A stretch of DNA of 62,977 nt, filler included, from 7 parts of 7 records of this genome joined end to end with filler, not necessarily neighbours in it, one strand, 5' to 3'. Shown: positions 20,126 through 30,890, counted from the whole stretch's first letter. Notes: a model not told the origin generated them from the letters alone. Translations and numbers: made by a program.

Positions 20126-20225
20126 NNNNNNNNNNNNNNNNNNNNNNNNNNNNNNNNNNNNNNNNNNNNTTAATTAATTAANNNNNNNNNNNNNNNNNNN
20201 NNNNNNNNNNNNNNNNNNNNNNNNN
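20126..20225. other. artificial contig spacer
   Basis: 44 N + TTAATTAATTAA (stops in all six frames) + 44 N. Confidence 0.99.
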
Positions 20226-20250
20226 GGTTCAAGTCCCTCCCTTCGCACCA
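20226..20250 (+). tRNA. tRNA-Leu (probable), 3' fragment
   Basis: GG-TTCAAGT-CCCTC, acceptor CCTTCGC, discriminator A and encoded CCA. The anticodon is not visible. Confidence 0.7.
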
Positions 20251-20365
20251 TTTATATTTAAAGATTTTCAAGGTTTCGATGAGAAACAAATGATTTTAAT
20301 AGCAAGCCATTATGGCTTTTTTTTTTAGAAAATTTACTTATATACTAATAGCAAATAACCTGTTT

Positions 20366-20442
20366 GCGTCTATAGCTCAATTGGATAGAGCGACGGACTT
20401 CGGATCCGTAGGTTGTGGGTTCGACTCCTACTAGGCGCGCCA
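20366..20442 (+). tRNA. tRNA-Arg (anticodon UCG)
   Basis: Complete cloverleaf: GCGTCTA/TAGGCGC acceptor, ACGGA-CTTCGGA-TCCGT anticodon arm, GGTTCGACTCC and CCA. Confidence 0.95.
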
Positions 20443-20454
20443 TTTATATGAATA

Positions 20455-20496
20455 CCCCTTTAAATTCTGATTAAAATCAGTGTTTAAAGGGGTTTT
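20455..20496 (+). terminator. terminator after tRNA cluster
   Basis: ACCCCTTTAAA...TTTAAAGGGGT followed by TTTT. Confidence 0.75.
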
Positions 20497-20773
20497 TATC
20501 TTATCTGACAAAAGCTATCATCTTTTGAAAAATCTTAAATAATTCTTAAAAAAATCAATTATTTGAAAATATACGAAAAGATACTTAGAGTTTGTCAGTG
20601 AAGTGTATAGACAATATTTATGTTATATATAGAATATATTGATACTATATATTTGTGTATATGGTTTTTCTGTGCTATTATTACAGTACTAAAATATCGA
20701 AAAAAAACACATGATAAATTATCTTATTTCTATAACACAATTTTCATGTAAAAATTTAGGAGGACACGAAATT

Positions 20774-22396
20774 ATGATGAAAAAGTTAGGAATAGCTTTA
20801 ACGCTATTAACAACTCTTCTAGTGGTTGCATGTGGCGGACCAAAAGAAGAAGCAAAAGAAACAAAAACAGCTGAGAAGAAAGCTGAAGCAAAGAAAATTG
20901 TATTTAACTTACAACAAGAACCTGGAACTATGGATCCTCAGTTAACAACGGATCACTCTGCAATTCAAATTGCACCATTAGTATTTGAAGGATTAACTAG
21001 ACTTGGAAGAACTGGAGAAGTTGTTCCTGGTATGGCAAAGAGCTGGGATGTTGACGGAGCAAAATGGACTTTCCACTTAAGAGACGCTAAATGGTCAAAT
21101 GGAACTGCTGTAACTGCTAATGACTTCGTATTCGCATTAAGAAGAGCTATGGAACCTGAAACAGCTTCTGAATATGCTTATATGACTTACTATATTAAAG
21201 GTGCGCAAGCGTACAACTCTGGAGATTTAAAAGATTTCTCTAAAGTTGGAGTAAAAGCTACTGACGACAAAACATTAGTATTAGAATTAGAAAAACCTGC
21301 TGCATACTTTGCATCAGTAACTGCTTTCCCTACTTACTTACCAGTAAACGAAGAGTTCTATAACACTAAAGGTGAAGATTTTGGATTAGAAGCAGATTCT
21401 TTCATCTATAACGGACCTTATGAGTTAGCTGATTGGGAACACGATAGTAAAATGATCATGAAAAAAAGAGCTGACTATTGGAATGCTTCAGAAATTAAAT
21501 TAGACGAAATTAAAGCTGTAATGGTAAATGATACAAATACAGCATTAAATATGTATAAAAATGGTGAATTAGATATCGTTGGAATTTCAGGAGATCAATT
21601 ACCTGAATATCAAGAAAGTTCAGAACTTAACACTTACAGTGATGGTTCAGTTTGGTACTTCGAATTTAATACAACTGATAAATTAATGTCAAACAGAAAA
21701 GTTAGAGAAGCTATTACTAAAGCAATTAACAGAGATGAATTAGTTAATAAAATCAAAAAAGATGGTTCTAAAGCTGGACAAGGTTTAGTTCCTTACGGAT
21801 TCCCTGGAAAAGATAAAGGATTCAGAGCTGACTTCGGATCAGAGTTCTACTCACATGATGTTGAAGCTACTAAAAAATTATTCGCAGAAGGACTTAAAGA
21901 AGTTGGACACAAAGGACCTGTTGTAATTAATATCTTAACTGGTACAAGTGATACAGCTACTAAAGAAGTTCAATTCTACCAAGAGCAATTAAGAACTGTT
22001 TTAGGAATCGAACTTGAAATTGAACAAGTTACTTTCCAAATCAGACTTCAAAGAATGACTTCTAAAGATTTCCAAATCGTAATGGCAGGATGGGGACCAG
22101 ATTACAACGATCCAATGACTTATATGGATTTATGGATTACAAATGGTGGAAACAATCATACATCTTGGGGAAGTGCTGAATATGATGCATTAATCGACAA
22201 AGCTTACAGATCTTCTGATAACACAGAAAGAATGGAAGCTATGGCAGCAGCAGAGAAAATCTTATTAGAAGAATTCCCTATCGGAGTTACTTTCTATAGA
22301 AATAGAAATAAACTTGTTAAACCTAGATTAAAAGGTGTTAGATTCAGTGCAGTTGGTCAAGAAATCGATCTTTACTTTGCTGAACTTGCAGAATAA
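20774..22396 (+). CDS. oppA: oligopeptide ABC transporter substrate-binding lipoprotein
   Basis: Lipobox LVVAC, EPGTMDP, FEGL, WTFHLR.AKWSNG, NGPY and GWGPDYNDP. Confidence 0.95.
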   Translation: MMKKLGIALTLLTTLLVVACGGPKEEAKETKTAEKKAEAKKIVFNLQQEPGTMDPQLTTDHSAIQIAPLVFEGLTRLGRTGEVVPGMAKSWDVDGAKWTFHLRDAKWSNGTAVTANDFVFALRRAMEPETASEYAYMTYYIKGAQAYNSGDLKDFSKVGVKATDDKTLVLELEKPAAYFASVTAFPTYLPVNEEFYNTKGEDFGLEADSFIYNGPYELADWEHDSKMIMKKRADYWNASEIKLDEIKAVMVNDTNTALNMYKNGELDIVGISGDQLPEYQESSELNTYSDGSVWYFEFNTTDKLMSNRKVREAITKAINRDELVNKIKKDGSKAGQGLVPYGFPGKDKGFRADFGSEFYSHDVEATKKLFAEGLKEVGHKGPVVINILTGTSDTATKEVQFYQEQLRTVLGIELEIEQVTFQIRLQRMTSKDFQIVMAGWGPDYNDPMTYMDLWITNGGNNHTSWGSAEYDALIDKAYRSSDNTERMEAMAAAEKILLEEFPIGVTFYRNRNKLVKPRLKGVRFSAVGQEIDLYFAELAE

Positions 22397-22696
22397 TAAT
22401 AAATAATTATTAGTTAATATAGTGAATAAACCCTTGATCTTAATATGGTCAAGGGCTGTTCACGTTAATGCTTATTGTTGGTTTAGATAATTTAAGAAAG
22501 ATTATTTAGAGTCACCAGTTGCTTGGTGACTATTTTTAAGCAGGTTAATTAGGTAATAACGATACGTTTTAGATTAAATTATGTGGTCAATTTTATTTAA
22601 AACGTATAATTGAAAAGAGAGAAACCAAGATTTAATAATATGATTGTTAGTAAAACTGATTTTGGTTTGCTGAATTTAAGGAGGAAAACAACAGAA

Positions 22697-23644
22697 ATGT
22701 TAAGATATATATTAAAGAGATTGGGAGCGGGAGTAGTTACGCTTTGGATTATTACAACAATTACATTTTTCTTAATCCATGCTTTACCTGGAGATCCATT
22801 TGCAAGTGATAAAGCTATCCCACCAAAAATTAAAGCAAGATTAATGGCGAAATATAACTTAGATAAACCTGTACATGTTCAATATGTTAAGTATATGGGG
22901 AACGTTGTGAAAGGTGACTTCGGACTTTCAATGAAGGTTAGAGGAAGAAAAGTATTTGATATGATAAAAAGACACTTCCCTTATTCATTAGATTTAGGAA
23001 TAAGAGCAATGATTTTTGCCTTTATCATGGGAGTAACCCTTGGAATTATAGCCGGACTTAACCGGGGTAAAAAACTCGATAGTATAGCCATGCTTCTTGC
23101 TGTTGTGGGGGTTTCAGTTCCAAGTTTCGTACTTGCAGGATCGCTTCAATGGTTAGTTGTAGGTTTAGGTAAACAAATGGGATTCGCAGTATTACCAGTT
23201 GCTGGATTCGATACTGAAATGCACAAAATATTACCAACTCTTTCATTAGGTCTGTTCCCGGTAGCGGTAATTGCCAGAATGATGAGAGCCTCAATGATTG
23301 ATGTATTAAATCAAGATTATATTAGAACAGCAAAAGCAAAAGGGCAATCACCTATTAAAATAATTACTAAACACTGTTTTAGGAATGCTATAATGCCGGT
23401 TATCGTATATATGGGACCTTTACTAGCAGCTATTACTACAGGATCGTTTATTGTAGAGACTATATTCTCGATTCCTGGATTAGGAAGATATTATGTTCAA
23501 AGTATCTATAACAGAGATTATACAGTTGTACTTGGAGTAACTGTATTCTATGCATTGTTATTAGTTGTAATGGTACTTATTGTAGATATAATCTATGTAT
23601 TGATTGATCCTAGAATTAGAATTGGTAAAGGAAAAGGTGAGTAA
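22697..23644 (+). CDS. oppB: oligopeptide ABC permease
   Basis: PGDPF, GDFGLS and the EAA loop DYIRTAKAKG. ATG at 22697 behind AGGAGG. Confidence 0.95.
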   Translation: MLRYILKRLGAGVVTLWIITTITFFLIHALPGDPFASDKAIPPKIKARLMAKYNLDKPVHVQYVKYMGNVVKGDFGLSMKVRGRKVFDMIKRHFPYSLDLGIRAMIFAFIMGVTLGIIAGLNRGKKLDSIAMLLAVVGVSVPSFVLAGSLQWLVVGLGKQMGFAVLPVAGFDTEMHKILPTLSLGLFPVAVIARMMRASMIDVLNQDYIRTAKAKGQSPIKIITKHCFRNAIMPVIVYMGPLLAAITTGSFIVETIFSIPGLGRYYVQSIYNRDYTVVLGVTVFYALLLVVMVLIVDIIYVLIDPRIRIGKGKGE

Positions 23645-23649
23645 CAAAA

Positions 23650-24570
23650 ATGAAATATGATTTTACCGTTGTTGGAAAAGATTTAAAAGAGAGTGAAAAA
23701 ATATATAAGCCGAGTATGACATACTGGCAAGATGCATTTAGAAGATTCAAGAAAAATAAAGTTGCTTTATTTTTCTCATATGCATTATTACTATTAATAA
23801 TAATGGCATTTATTGGGCCAAAATTAAATAAATTCGGTTTTAGAGAGATGAATACTGACATGTTATTTAAATTTTGGGACTCAGAAAGTTTGCAAGCTGG
23901 TTACTACTTAGGAACAGATAATTTTGGTAGAGATTTCTTTACCAGAGTCTGGGAAGGTGCCAGAATTTCATTAATGATCGCAATGGTTGTTGTTATAATG
24001 GAAGGTATTATAGGAACTATCTACGGGGGAATCGCAGGATTTTTCGGTGGAAAAATAGATTTCTATATGATGAGATTTGTTGAAATTATGATGGCTATTC
24101 CAAGTATGATCTATATTATCCTTCTAATGGTAATTATGGGTTCTGGAGTTTTAACTATCATTATCGCAATGAGTGTTACTAGATGGATGTACATGGCTAT
24201 GATTGTCCGTAGTGAGATTCTTAGAATTAAAGAACAAGAATTCGTTATGGCTTCTATTGCACTTGGAGCAAATCCTGTATGGGTAATCGGAAAACATCTG
24301 ATTCCAAATGCTATGGGACAAATAATCGTAAGATTAACTCTAGATATTCCTCAAGCGATCTTCTCAGAAGCTTTTTTAAGTTTCATCGGTATCGGAGTAC
24401 CTGTACCATTAGCATCATGGGGAAGTTTAGCGAACGAAGGTTACCAGTTAATGCAAAGAGGACCGCACTTGTTTATAATTCCAGCATTACTTATCTCGTT
24501 TACGACATTAGCATTTAATATTGTTGGAGATGCATTAAGAGATGCATTAGATCCAAAATTAAGAAAATAA
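23650..24570 (+). CDS. oppC: oligopeptide ABC permease
   Basis: YWQDAFRRF, LGTDNFGRD, EFVMASIALGA and GDALRDALDPK. Confidence 0.95.
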   Translation: MKYDFTVVGKDLKESEKIYKPSMTYWQDAFRRFKKNKVALFFSYALLLLIIMAFIGPKLNKFGFREMNTDMLFKFWDSESLQAGYYLGTDNFGRDFFTRVWEGARISLMIAMVVVIMEGIIGTIYGGIAGFFGGKIDFYMMRFVEIMMAIPSMIYIILLMVIMGSGVLTIIIAMSVTRWMYMAMIVRSEILRIKEQEFVMASIALGANPVWVIGKHLIPNAMGQIIVRLTLDIPQAIFSEAFLSFIGIGVPVPLASWGSLANEGYQLMQRGPHLFIIPALLISFTTLAFNIVGDALRDALDPKLRK

Positions 24571-24819
24571 TAAAGACAGTTAGTAGTTAGGAATTAGTAA
24601 CGAGTAAAAAAACTCTTTATCTAACTGTGACTTATTTAGATAAATTATCGTGATTAGTATATATGATGTAGAAGTATTAAAGAATTATAATGAAAATTAG
24701 TAGTATGAAATAGATTCTCATAATAGTAAATAAAGTTTTTTATTAGATATTTAACTGAGTGAAAAATGAATCACTTTTCACACTACTAGTTACTAATTGA
24801 ATTAGTGAAAGGAAAATAA

Positions 24820-25521
24820 ATGACAGAAAGAATTTTAGACGTTAAAGATCTGCATGTGTCTTTTGATACATATGCAGGTGAAGTAAAGGTCTTAAGAGGA
24901 ATAAATTTCCATGTAGATAAAGGAGAAAGTTTAGCTATAGTAGGAGAGTCAGGATCAGGAAAATCAGTAACTGTTCAAACAGTTATGAAACTTATCCCTA
25001 TGCCTCCCGGTAGAATTAAACAAGGTGTAATTGACTTTGAAGGTGAAGATATAGTTAAAAAGACAGATAAAGAGATGCAAAAGATCAGAGGAGGAAAAAT
25101 CGGAATGATTTTCCAAAATCCACTATCTTCTCTTAATCCAACAATGACAGTTGGAGCTCAAATTGTAGAAGGAATTCTTTTACATCAAAAAATCTCTAAA
25201 AAAGAAGCTAAAGAAAAAGCAGTTGAAATGCTTAACTTAGTAGGACTCCCCAATGCAGAAAAAAGATTCAAACAATATCCGCACGAATTTAGTGGAGGAA
25301 TGAGACAGAGAGTAGTTATCGCGATAGCTCTTTCATGTAATCCTGATCTTTTAATCGCTGATGAGCCTACTACAGCTCTTGATGTGACGATTCAGGCTCA
25401 AATCCTAGATCTTATGAATGATCTTAAGAAAAAGCTTAATACAGCTATTATCATGATCACTCATGATCTTGGAGTAGTTGCTGATATTGCTGAGAGAGTA
25501 ATAGTTATGTATGGTGGAGAA
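24820..25521 (+). CDS. oppD: oligopeptide ABC ATPase (3' truncated by contig end)
   Basis: GESGSGKS, YPHEFSGGMRQR and IADEPTTALDVTIQAQ. Confidence 0.95.
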
Positions 25522-25621
25522 NNNNNNNNNNNNNNNNNNNNNNNNNNNNNNNNNNNNNNNNNNNNTTAATTAATTAANNNNNNNNNNNNNNNNNNNNNNN
25601 NNNNNNNNNNNNNNNNNNNNN
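25522..25621. other. artificial contig spacer
   Basis: N-run containing TTAATTAATTAA. Confidence 0.99.
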
Positions 25622-27001
25622 GACTTTATCAAAGGGTGGGACAAAATACCCGACGGCGATAATCAGGATACCTGAGACCAAGCCAATGGTCGCGGCTTTC
25701 TGAGGTACGCGTTTTGTCAGCATTCCGACGAGTACAACGGCAAAGATCGGGATAAAATATATTCCATTCATTTTTTGTAAATAAGAATAAATGCTGCCAG
25801 TCTTTGCAAGAAGCGGAGCAACGATCATGGCAAAAATTGCAAGAATGATCCCGAATATCCTACCTGAACGAACGATATTCTTTTCGTTCGCATCTTTTTT
25901 GATCTTTTCTTTATAAATACCCAGGCTGAAAAGCGTGCATGTACTGTTTAATGCGGAGTTAAAAGAAGAGAGAATTGCTCCCAGCATCACAGCAGCAAAA
26001 AATCCGGCTAATGGAGTTGGCAGAACCTCATTGACCAACATACCATATGCATGGTCCGCCTTAATACCTCTGCCGGCAAACAATGCAAAAGCAATGATAC
26101 CCGGAAGCACCAGGTAGAGAGGGCCTAACAATTTTAATCCACCCGTTAGAAGAACACCTTTTTGTCCCTCTGCCAGACTTTTGGCTCCGAATGTGCGTTG
26201 AATGATCTGCTGATTGGTGGTCCAATAGAAAAAGTTTAAAAGCATTACACCTGAAAACACCGTTGAAAACGGTACGGAAGTATCAGATCCTCCAATGGAA
26301 TTCATGTGATCGGGTACCAGTTTGCCAAGATTTTGGATTCCGCTAGTGAAACTACCGTCTCCCAGAGCTTTAAATGCAAAGAAGGTGATCAAAAAGCCAC
26401 CGACCAACAATCCAATGCCGTTCAATGTATCCGAAACCGCAACGGTACGCAGACCACCGGTCAGGGCATACAGTGAACCGATAACACCTACCGCGACAAC
26501 CACCATTACCAGAACAGTTCCATAATTTTCTATACCAAGCAGGTTCTGCAGATCAAGAATGCCGATCAGTCCGACAGCGCCGGTGTATAGAATAATTGGT
26601 AATAAGATCAAAGCATAAGCTGATAACATAATAATATTAGTAATGAACTCCGTGCCTGAACCGAAACGGATCTTGAGATATTCAGGAACGGTGGTCACAC
26701 CGCTTTTAAGAAATCGTGGAAGAAAGAATAGGGCCATTGCAAGTAGGGCAACAACTGCACCCACTTCCCATACCATGACCGCAAAACCATCGCTAAAGGC
26801 AGAGCCGTTCAATCCTACCATTTGCTCAGTGGAAAGATTTGTCAGTAAGAGAGATCCTGCGATCAAAGGGAAAGAAAGATTGCGTCCGGCAAGAAAATAA
26901 CCGTTTTTGGAACTCATGTCTTGCTTGCGAGTGAATAGCCAAGTTAGAAAGGCAACAAGAAGTGTAAAAAATAGAAACGAGATCAGAATAAATCCGTTCA
27001 T
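25622..27001 (-). CDS. solute:sodium symporter (YidK-like), 3' truncated
   Basis: [24 protein letters not shown] and [14 protein letters not shown] at 27001 behind GGAGG. Confidence 0.92.
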
Positions 27002-27031
27002 AGAGATTCCCTCCAATATTGTAGCATAAAA

Positions 27032-27520
27032 TTAGTCGTTGTCAGATTCTATATTATTTACTGAGATCATCGGTGGACCGGGTTTAAATACTTTCTTAAC
27101 CAAGGGTAACAGGCCTGTCTCAGATTTTTCAATTTCAGTTTCGGCTTCTTTCAGTACACCAACCCACATCGTTGCAAAGCCGGGATGTTTTTCGAACATG
27201 ATATGAATGGCTTTGTCCCAGACATAAAGAACTCGAAGTTTATCTCGGGCGGGTTTTTCCTTCAGGGCGGAAATGGTAGATTTTAGATTATCGATGGTTT
27301 TTTGTTTATCCAATAGATCTTTTTGTACCGCTTGATTGCCTTTGGCGGTAATGTTCATTTGAGTATTCAGGTGACTTCTGAGATGAGCATTCTCTTCAAC
27401 ATAAGATTTGATCTTCTGGTTGGTTCTTATCCGGCTCTGGATCCAAATAAAAAGACAGATCAATAAACCGGCACCCAAACCGATCAATAAAGATGGAAGT
27501 GAAAATGTAAATGTATCCAT
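27032..27520 (-). CDS. hypothetical membrane-anchored coiled-coil protein
   Basis: N-terminal TM helix, coiled-coil centre and AAGGA RBS; 162 aa. Confidence 0.7.
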   Translation of the reverse strand: MDTFTFSLPSLLIGLGAGLLICLFIWIQSRIRTNQKIKSYVEENAHLRSHLNTQMNITAKGNQAVQKDLLDKQKTIDNLKSTISALKEKPARDKLRVLYVWDKAIHIMFEKHPGFATMWVGVLKEAETEIEKSETGLLPLVKKVFKPGPPMISVNNIESDND

Positions 27521-27592
27521 AGGCCATTCCTTTATATTTTGATTATCTAATAATGTACAACATTAAGATAAATGTTGTCAAGATGGAAAACA

Positions 27593-28822
27593 CTACTTCT
27601 TTGAGGTATTTATCAAGCTTAAAAGTAGCATTAACAGTGCCAAAACAGCAGAAGTGATACACATTGACCATGCGATTCCAAGTCTATCGGCAATGACCCC
27701 GAATATCAAGGCAATACCGGCAGTCATGATAGTTTTGATCTGAGATTGTGCCGAGAGTACCGAAGAAAGTATGTCCTCTGGCACCTGATCAGCGACATAG
27801 CCGGTCATGATCGGTTTTCTGATGTTCTCTATGATATAAATGACAATAAAACTTATCAAAGCAAGGATCATAAACCCAAGTTCGTAGAATAATCCTGACA
27901 AGATACCTGCAGCAAAGCCGATCATTAGGGTCAGGATCACGATATTTTTATTCTTTCTTTCTAAATGTGATGCCGAGCGTGAAGCATAAGAAGTGATCAA
28001 ATAGATCCCAAAGTAGAATACGCCGATCAATAAACCATTTTGACGATCCTGTTCAACACCATTTATAAGCGGAATAAGCAATGCGACCTGCAGCATAAGG
28101 GGTTGAATATAATCTTTGATCGCTTTCAAATAGGCCGAATGCAAAGCAGAATGAGAGACAAGTTTGATCACCTTAAAATTTTTAAGAGATATGATCAAGG
28201 CTTTGAATGTGTCACTTAAGGTCTTCTTTTTGGATGATGTGACCATATCGTCCAGTTCCTCGGGGTAGGAAAGAACAAGGAAAAGATTCAGGATATATGG
28301 AATAGTGGAAATCAGGAAAATATTTTGGAAGTTCCCACCTCCAAAAATGATCAGTCCGGCGATCAATGAAGATATGGCTGCTCCGCGTTGAGACCAGGAT
28401 CTTGTATGCCCGTAATAAGGGATCTTTTGATCCGACCAGCCTTTTTGTTTCAGGTAGGTCATGATCAAACCTTTGTGTGTTCCTGAGCGGAAAGCATCAC
28501 CGGCTCCAAAAAGGACAAATGCCAAGAGGTAGAGAAAAAAGTTATTTGATAGGTAAAAGATCAGAAAGGAGACGATATAAGATAGAAATGAAACAACTAG
28601 TGTTTTCCGTCTACCAAAGGTATCGGCTAACATTCCGGAAGGGATCTCAAGAAGGTTGATCACGATCTCTCGAACTGCATAGAGGACTCCGATCTGTGTG
28701 TAGCTTAATCCCTGTTGGACGAGGAAAAGGATAAAAAAGGCATCAAAGAAACGCAGGTTTCGCAAAAAACCATATGCGGAGAATTTGTAATATTGCTGAT
28801 TCTTCTTAAATGTTGCCATCAT
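27593..28822 (-). CDS. MFS transporter
   Basis: EIPSGMLADTFGRRKTL (motif A), AFRSGT and about 12 TM helices. Start estimated at MMATFKK. Confidence 0.88.
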   Translation of the reverse strand: MMATFKKNQQYYKFSAYGFLRNLRFFDAFFILFLVQQGLSYTQIGVLYAVREIVINLLEIPSGMLADTFGRRKTLVVSFLSYIVSFLIFYLSNNFFLYLLAFVLFGAGDAFRSGTHKGLIMTYLKQKGWSDQKIPYYGHTRSWSQRGAAISSLIAGLIIFGGGNFQNIFLISTIPYILNLFLVLSYPEELDDMVTSSKKKTLSDTFKALIISLKNFKVIKLVSHSALHSAYLKAIKDYIQPLMLQVALLIPLINGVEQDRQNGLLIGVFYFGIYLITSYASRSASHLERKNKNIVILTLMIGFAAGILSGLFYELGFMILALISFIVIYIIENIRKPIMTGYVADQVPEDILSSVLSAQSQIKTIMTAGIALIFGVIADRLGIAWSMCITSAVLALLMLLLSLINTSKK

Positions 28823-28898
28823 ACTAAGATAATGATATTTTTGAAAAATATGTAGTTTTTCAATCTTTCTTGTCTCTAACGATTGAAAAGAGGAAAAT

Positions 28899-29417
28899 AT
28901 GATCGATTTACGGGAAAAGGAAAAGAGATATAAAGCACTGATCACAGATAATCGGGTATTGATCATGAAGGTTTGTACCATGTTCCATCATGATGAAGCC
29001 GGGCAAAAGGACCTGTACCAGGAGATCTGTATCAATATCTGGAAAGGTCTGCCGGGATTCAAAGGAAGATCACAGATATCAACCTGGTTATACAGAGTGG
29101 CATTGAATACAGCATTATCTCAGGGACGAAAATATCAACGTAATCCATTGTACCAGTCCGAAGAGATCGCAGAAGTTGCTGATATACATCATCCCGACGC
29201 AAAAGAAGAGAAGATCAAAGCCCTTTATGCCGGCATCGCTTTATTGCGTCCCGTCGAAAAAGCGATCATCCTATTATATCTTGAAGAAAGATCATATAAT
29301 GAGATCGCTGATATCATAGGAATAAGCAGTAAAAACGTTAGTGTAAAATTGGTTAGAATAAAAAGATCATTGGAAAAACATGTAAATGAAATATTGTCAA
29401 GAGGGGGCAAAATATGA
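28899..29417 (+). CDS. ECF RNA polymerase sigma factor
   Basis: DLYQEI..NIW, STWLYRVALNTA and region 4 SYNEIADIIGIS..NVSVKL.R. Confidence 0.93.
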   Translation: MIDLREKEKRYKALITDNRVLIMKVCTMFHHDEAGQKDLYQEICINIWKGLPGFKGRSQISTWLYRVALNTALSQGRKYQRNPLYQSEEIAEVADIHHPDAKEEKIKALYAGIALLRPVEKAIILLYLEERSYNEIADIIGISSKNVSVKLVRIKRSLEKHVNEILSRGGKI

Positions 29418-30106
29418 AAGATCAAAATTTAAAAGAAATTTGGAAAGATGCGAGCGGGTCGATCCCGATCGATGAAAAATGGGATGTGAATATACACCGA
29501 AAGAGAACATCTGATAAATTATCCAAAACACTACGAAGAGGAATGGCATTTGATATTATCATGAAATTCATTATCGCCACAGCAACTTTTCTCTTGTTAA
29601 TGTACTCGGGTTTTAACAGTGAATACATTTTATTCACTGTTATCTCAATTGTTTTTCTTTTATCAATGATCATTACTGCGATCGTCAGCAAAAAGAAATT
29701 AGAATCTATTTCCGCAGATCTGCCGGTTATGGAAAGTCTTGAAAAGAAACTCCATTTTATGACATCAACATACAAGTCGTTTATGTTTTCAAGTGCATTT
29801 ACGGCACCTATGTTCGTTTTTACCATGAATTGTTATTATTTCGATAAAACATATGGAGAGATGCGCTTTGATGATCCGGTCATACTGATATTTTTACTTA
29901 TTGCGTTTATTATTGGATTAGTTGCACAACTGCCAGTCTATAAATTGCAGGTAAGGGAACTGGAAGAAGCGATCGGTGACCTGGATGAAGAGAAAGCAAA
30001 ATCCATCGAGCGATCAAAAAAACATCAACACATAACCTTGATAAAATGGCTTGTTGCCGGGTTGGTGCTGATGCTTGTACTGTTTGTTTTGTTTACGATT
30101 TTATAA
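29414..30106 (+). CDS. membrane protein, putative anti-sigma partner
   Basis: ATGA overlap with the ECF gene, N-terminal LKEIWK and 4-5 TM helices. Confidence 0.7.
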   Translation: MKDQNLKEIWKDASGSIPIDEKWDVNIHRKRTSDKLSKTLRRGMAFDIIMKFIIATATFLLLMYSGFNSEYILFTVISIVFLLSMIITAIVSKKKLESISADLPVMESLEKKLHFMTSTYKSFMFSSAFTAPMFVFTMNCYYFDKTYGEMRFDDPVILIFLLIAFIIGLVAQLPVYKLQVRELEEAIGDLDEEKAKSIERSKKHQHITLIKWLVAGLVLMLVLFVLFTIL

Positions 30107-30131
30107 TCCACTCGAAATATATATTTAGGAT

Positions 30132-30163
30132 TTGTAGAGACGCATGATCTTGCGTCTCTACAA
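30132..30163. repeat. GTAG-type REP palindrome
   Basis: TTGTAGAGACGCA-TGATCT-TGCGTCTCTACAA, a perfect 13-bp stem with the GTAG tag. Confidence 0.8.
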
Positions 30164-30191
30164 TCACATAAAATTTTCTACAAATTTATTC

Positions 30192-30244
30192 TTGACATCT
30201 ATGAATTATCATCGTATACTTAATCAGTAATCGGAATGATTATG
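30192..30244 (+). promoter_or_regulatory. sigma70 promoter with candidate Fur/PerR operator
   Basis: TTGACA-17 bp-TATACT (30192-30220), followed by TAATC/GATTA inverted hexamer-like repeats. Confidence 0.7.
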
Positions 30245-30259
30245 AATAAGGAAAACAAA

Positions 30260-30658
30260 ATGAAGACAGAGAATTACAGAAATACCAAACAGAGAACAAG
30301 GATACTTGAGATCCTGTGTTCGACTGATTCACATCCAACAGCAAATTGGATCTACGATCAGTTGAAACCTGAATTCCCTTCATTGAGTCTTGGTACGGTC
30401 TACCGCAATCTTGGGATACTCGAAGAGCAGGGCTTGCTTAAAAAGATCCACTCCGGGAGTACCTTTGATCGTTATGACGCCAAAACTTTTCCCCATACCC
30501 ATTTCTGTTGTACGGAATGCGGTAAGGTATATGATATGATAGATGTTGAAATACCGGGCATGTTAAATGAAGCTAACAACCAAACTTCACATAAGATTCA
30601 TGAGATCAACCTTAGCTATCTTGGTGTATGTGAAGAATGCCTGGAGAAAGCGAACTAG
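30260..30658 (+). CDS. Fur family regulator, PerR-like
   Basis: TKQR, HPTA, SLGTVYRNL, RYDA...HTHF.CxxC and a terminal CxxC; adjacent to a peroxiredoxin. Confidence 0.9.
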   Translation: MKTENYRNTKQRTRILEILCSTDSHPTANWIYDQLKPEFPSLSLGTVYRNLGILEEQGLLKKIHSGSTFDRYDAKTFPHTHFCCTECGKVYDMIDVEIPGMLNEANNQTSHKIHEINLSYLGVCEECLEKAN

Positions 30659-30666
30659 GCTTCTGT

Positions 30667-30890
30667 GAAGAGAGAGAGAAAAGAAGTGTGGGAGTTCGGT
30701 GTGTGGGAGTAAAGAGTAGAGTAATAGAATGATAGATGAGAAGTGAGAGTGATGAAAGGCTCCTAGACGGTTTGCCAACCAGAGAGAGTCTGAGGGGGAC
30801 AAGAAGAAGAGTAAGGGAGGCGGAGAGATAGGGAGATGGAGAGAGTGAGAGAGTGAGAGAGTGAGAGAAGAGGGATTGAGTGATTGATAA
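30667..30890 (+). repeat. purine-rich low-complexity tract with 8-bp periodic repeats
   Basis: GA-rich strand; GGGAGGCG GAGAGATA GGGAGATG then (GAGAGAGT)x3 at about 30826-30866. Confidence 0.85.

Noticed and set aside
19979-20173. 64-aa ORF running into the N-run
   Set aside because: It spans a terminator, an antisense tRNA fragment and the spacer.
22420-22535. Hairpins between oppA and oppB as a novel RNA element
   Set aside because: Stem-loops after the binding-protein gene are the usual mRNA stabiliser or partial terminator of ABC operons.
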